Source of the DNA: Protoeuglena noctilucae
Taxonomy: Eukaryota
DNA: 64,000 bases
Direction of reading: 5' to 3'
Assembly: GCA_958009085.1 (NCBI GenBank)
Contig: OY253669.1
Span: forward strand, 62,001 to 126,000
This document shows positions 62,770 through 64,000 of the stretch, in pieces. Positions within the stretch are counted from its first letter, which is position 1. The number at the start of each line of letters is the position of its first letter. Position numbers and translations under genes: made by a program. A model generated the notes under the pieces. That model searched no databases. It had not been told where the DNA came from and worked only from the letters and a program-made list of their open reading frames with translations.

Positions 62770-64000
62770 TTAGTAACCGTCCGACACAGATCGGGAGCGG
62801 GAGGGGGAGCGGGAGCGGGAGGGCGATGGGGAGGGCGTAGGGGACTTGCTTGCCCCGCCCCGCCGACCCCGCCGCTCCTCACCCACCCGCTCCCTGCCCC
62901 GCTCATCGTCCCGCTCATCGTCTCGATCGCTTCCCCGCTTCCTGCCCCGCTCCTCTGCCGTGGCGTCATGCCCATTCGTGCGCTTGCCACCCTCATTCTC
63001 CTCATCCCTGTCCCGTGCTGCACGCTTGTTGTTGTTATCGTCCGCACCCGCGCCGTCCTCACGCTCGCGCTTCCGGTCGCGACCCGCCCTATCGCCATCC
63101 CTGTCTCTCTCTCTCTCTCGCTCCCTCTCCCGCTCCCTCTCTCGCTTCCCATCCCTCTCGTCACCCCTCTCCCTCTCTTCGCCCCTGTCCCGCTTCCCAT
63201 CCCTATCGCCATCCCTCTCCCTGCTCCTCTCCCTCTCTTTGTGACGTCCCCCATCCCTCTCCCTCTCCCTTCCCCGCTCACCATCCCTGTCCCTCTCCTC
63301 ATCCCGCCTTCCATCCCTCTCCCTCTCCCTCTCCCTCTCCCTCTCACGTCCCCCATCCCTACCCCTCTCCCTCCTCTCATCCCTCTCCGCCTCCCACCAG
63401 CCCCTACGCCGCTCGCCACCTCTACCATCCCCACCCCTAGCATCTCCACCCCTCCCATCCCCGCCCGGCCCTCGGACGTCCCACCGCCGGCCACCCCGCT
63501 CCTCCCGCCCCCTCTCTTGCACCCCGCGCCCCCGGTCATCCCAGCGCCGACCCTCGCGCTCCCCACGACCCCTCTCCCTCTCCCTCTCCCCATCCCTCTC
63601 ACGACCCCTCTCCCTCTCCCTCTCCACAACCCGCTCCCTCTCCCTCTCCCCATCCCTCTCCCCCTCACGCCCCCGCTCCCCGTCACGCCGCCACCCCCCC
63701 TCGCCACCGCCCGCCTCCCCACGCCTGTCTCCGTCCCCAGCCCTCCCGCCCCAGCGCCCCTGCACCTCGTTACGAGCTGGCTCGATGGCCGGGGGGGGGC
63801 CGGGCAGAGGGGCGGCAGGCGGGGGTGGCAGGGACTGATTGGCCGGCTGAGGCGCGGGCGGGAAGTCGCGAGGCGCGGGCTGCGGGTAGAGAAAAGGGTT
63901 GACCGTGCTAGGAGAATCGCTGTTATGGCACATGGCGTTGCAAGCAGGGCACCCGCATTCTCACCATGCCCATCTGGTCGAGCATCCGGCGCTGCGGCTG
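62770..64000 (-). CDS. 3' end of an RE/RD/RS-rich protein (likely nuclear RNA-processing factor); continues beyond the window
   Basis: Pro-rich segment, long RERERD tract and terminal SPSPSRSRSPSRSRS. Last exon ~63879-62770, upstream exon ...QRRMLDQMGM|GT. Confidence 0.65.

Noticed and set aside
62742..63722. Gly/Arg-rich ORF in an alternative frame
   Set aside because: A frame shadow of the purine-rich RE/RD repeat.

Overview
GC-rich, intron-dense eukaryotic DNA, most likely from a flagellate green alga. This is inferred from a plastid-targeted PurK-PurE fusion, TGTAA poly(A)-like signals and a ciliary TOG-domain gene. The window holds about 11 spliced genes: TOGARAM/crescerin-like, USP36/UBP23-like deubiquitinase, MBOAT lysophospholipid acyltransferase, LysM membrane protein, UTP14, purple acid phosphatase, a very large coiled-coil protein with a degenerate M48-peptidase domain, AIR carboxylase, a FAM228-like protein and an RE/RD/RS-rich 3' exon. 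Main highlights: (1) several separate ORFs at 21074-25337 (-) splice in frame through 7 introns into one ~1125-aa two-pass membrane protein, non-RD kinase / RING + Rcat-like (RBR-type) module / TM / Ca-binding EGF array / TM / six near-identical WD40 repeats that vary almost only at ligand-face residues, a candidate innate-immune or allorecognition receptor; (2) a ~5.6-kb Plavaka/CMC-type DNA transposon with TIRs, GATC-rich subterminal repeats and an intron-containing, apparently intact transposase; (3) very frequent GC-AG introns (about 27 AG|GCGAG donors); (4) degenerate 'echo' copies of exon/splice-junction sequence inside introns, and G-rich-5'/C-rich-3' intron polarity. All gene models were built by hand and are unverified by RNA data or database searches.
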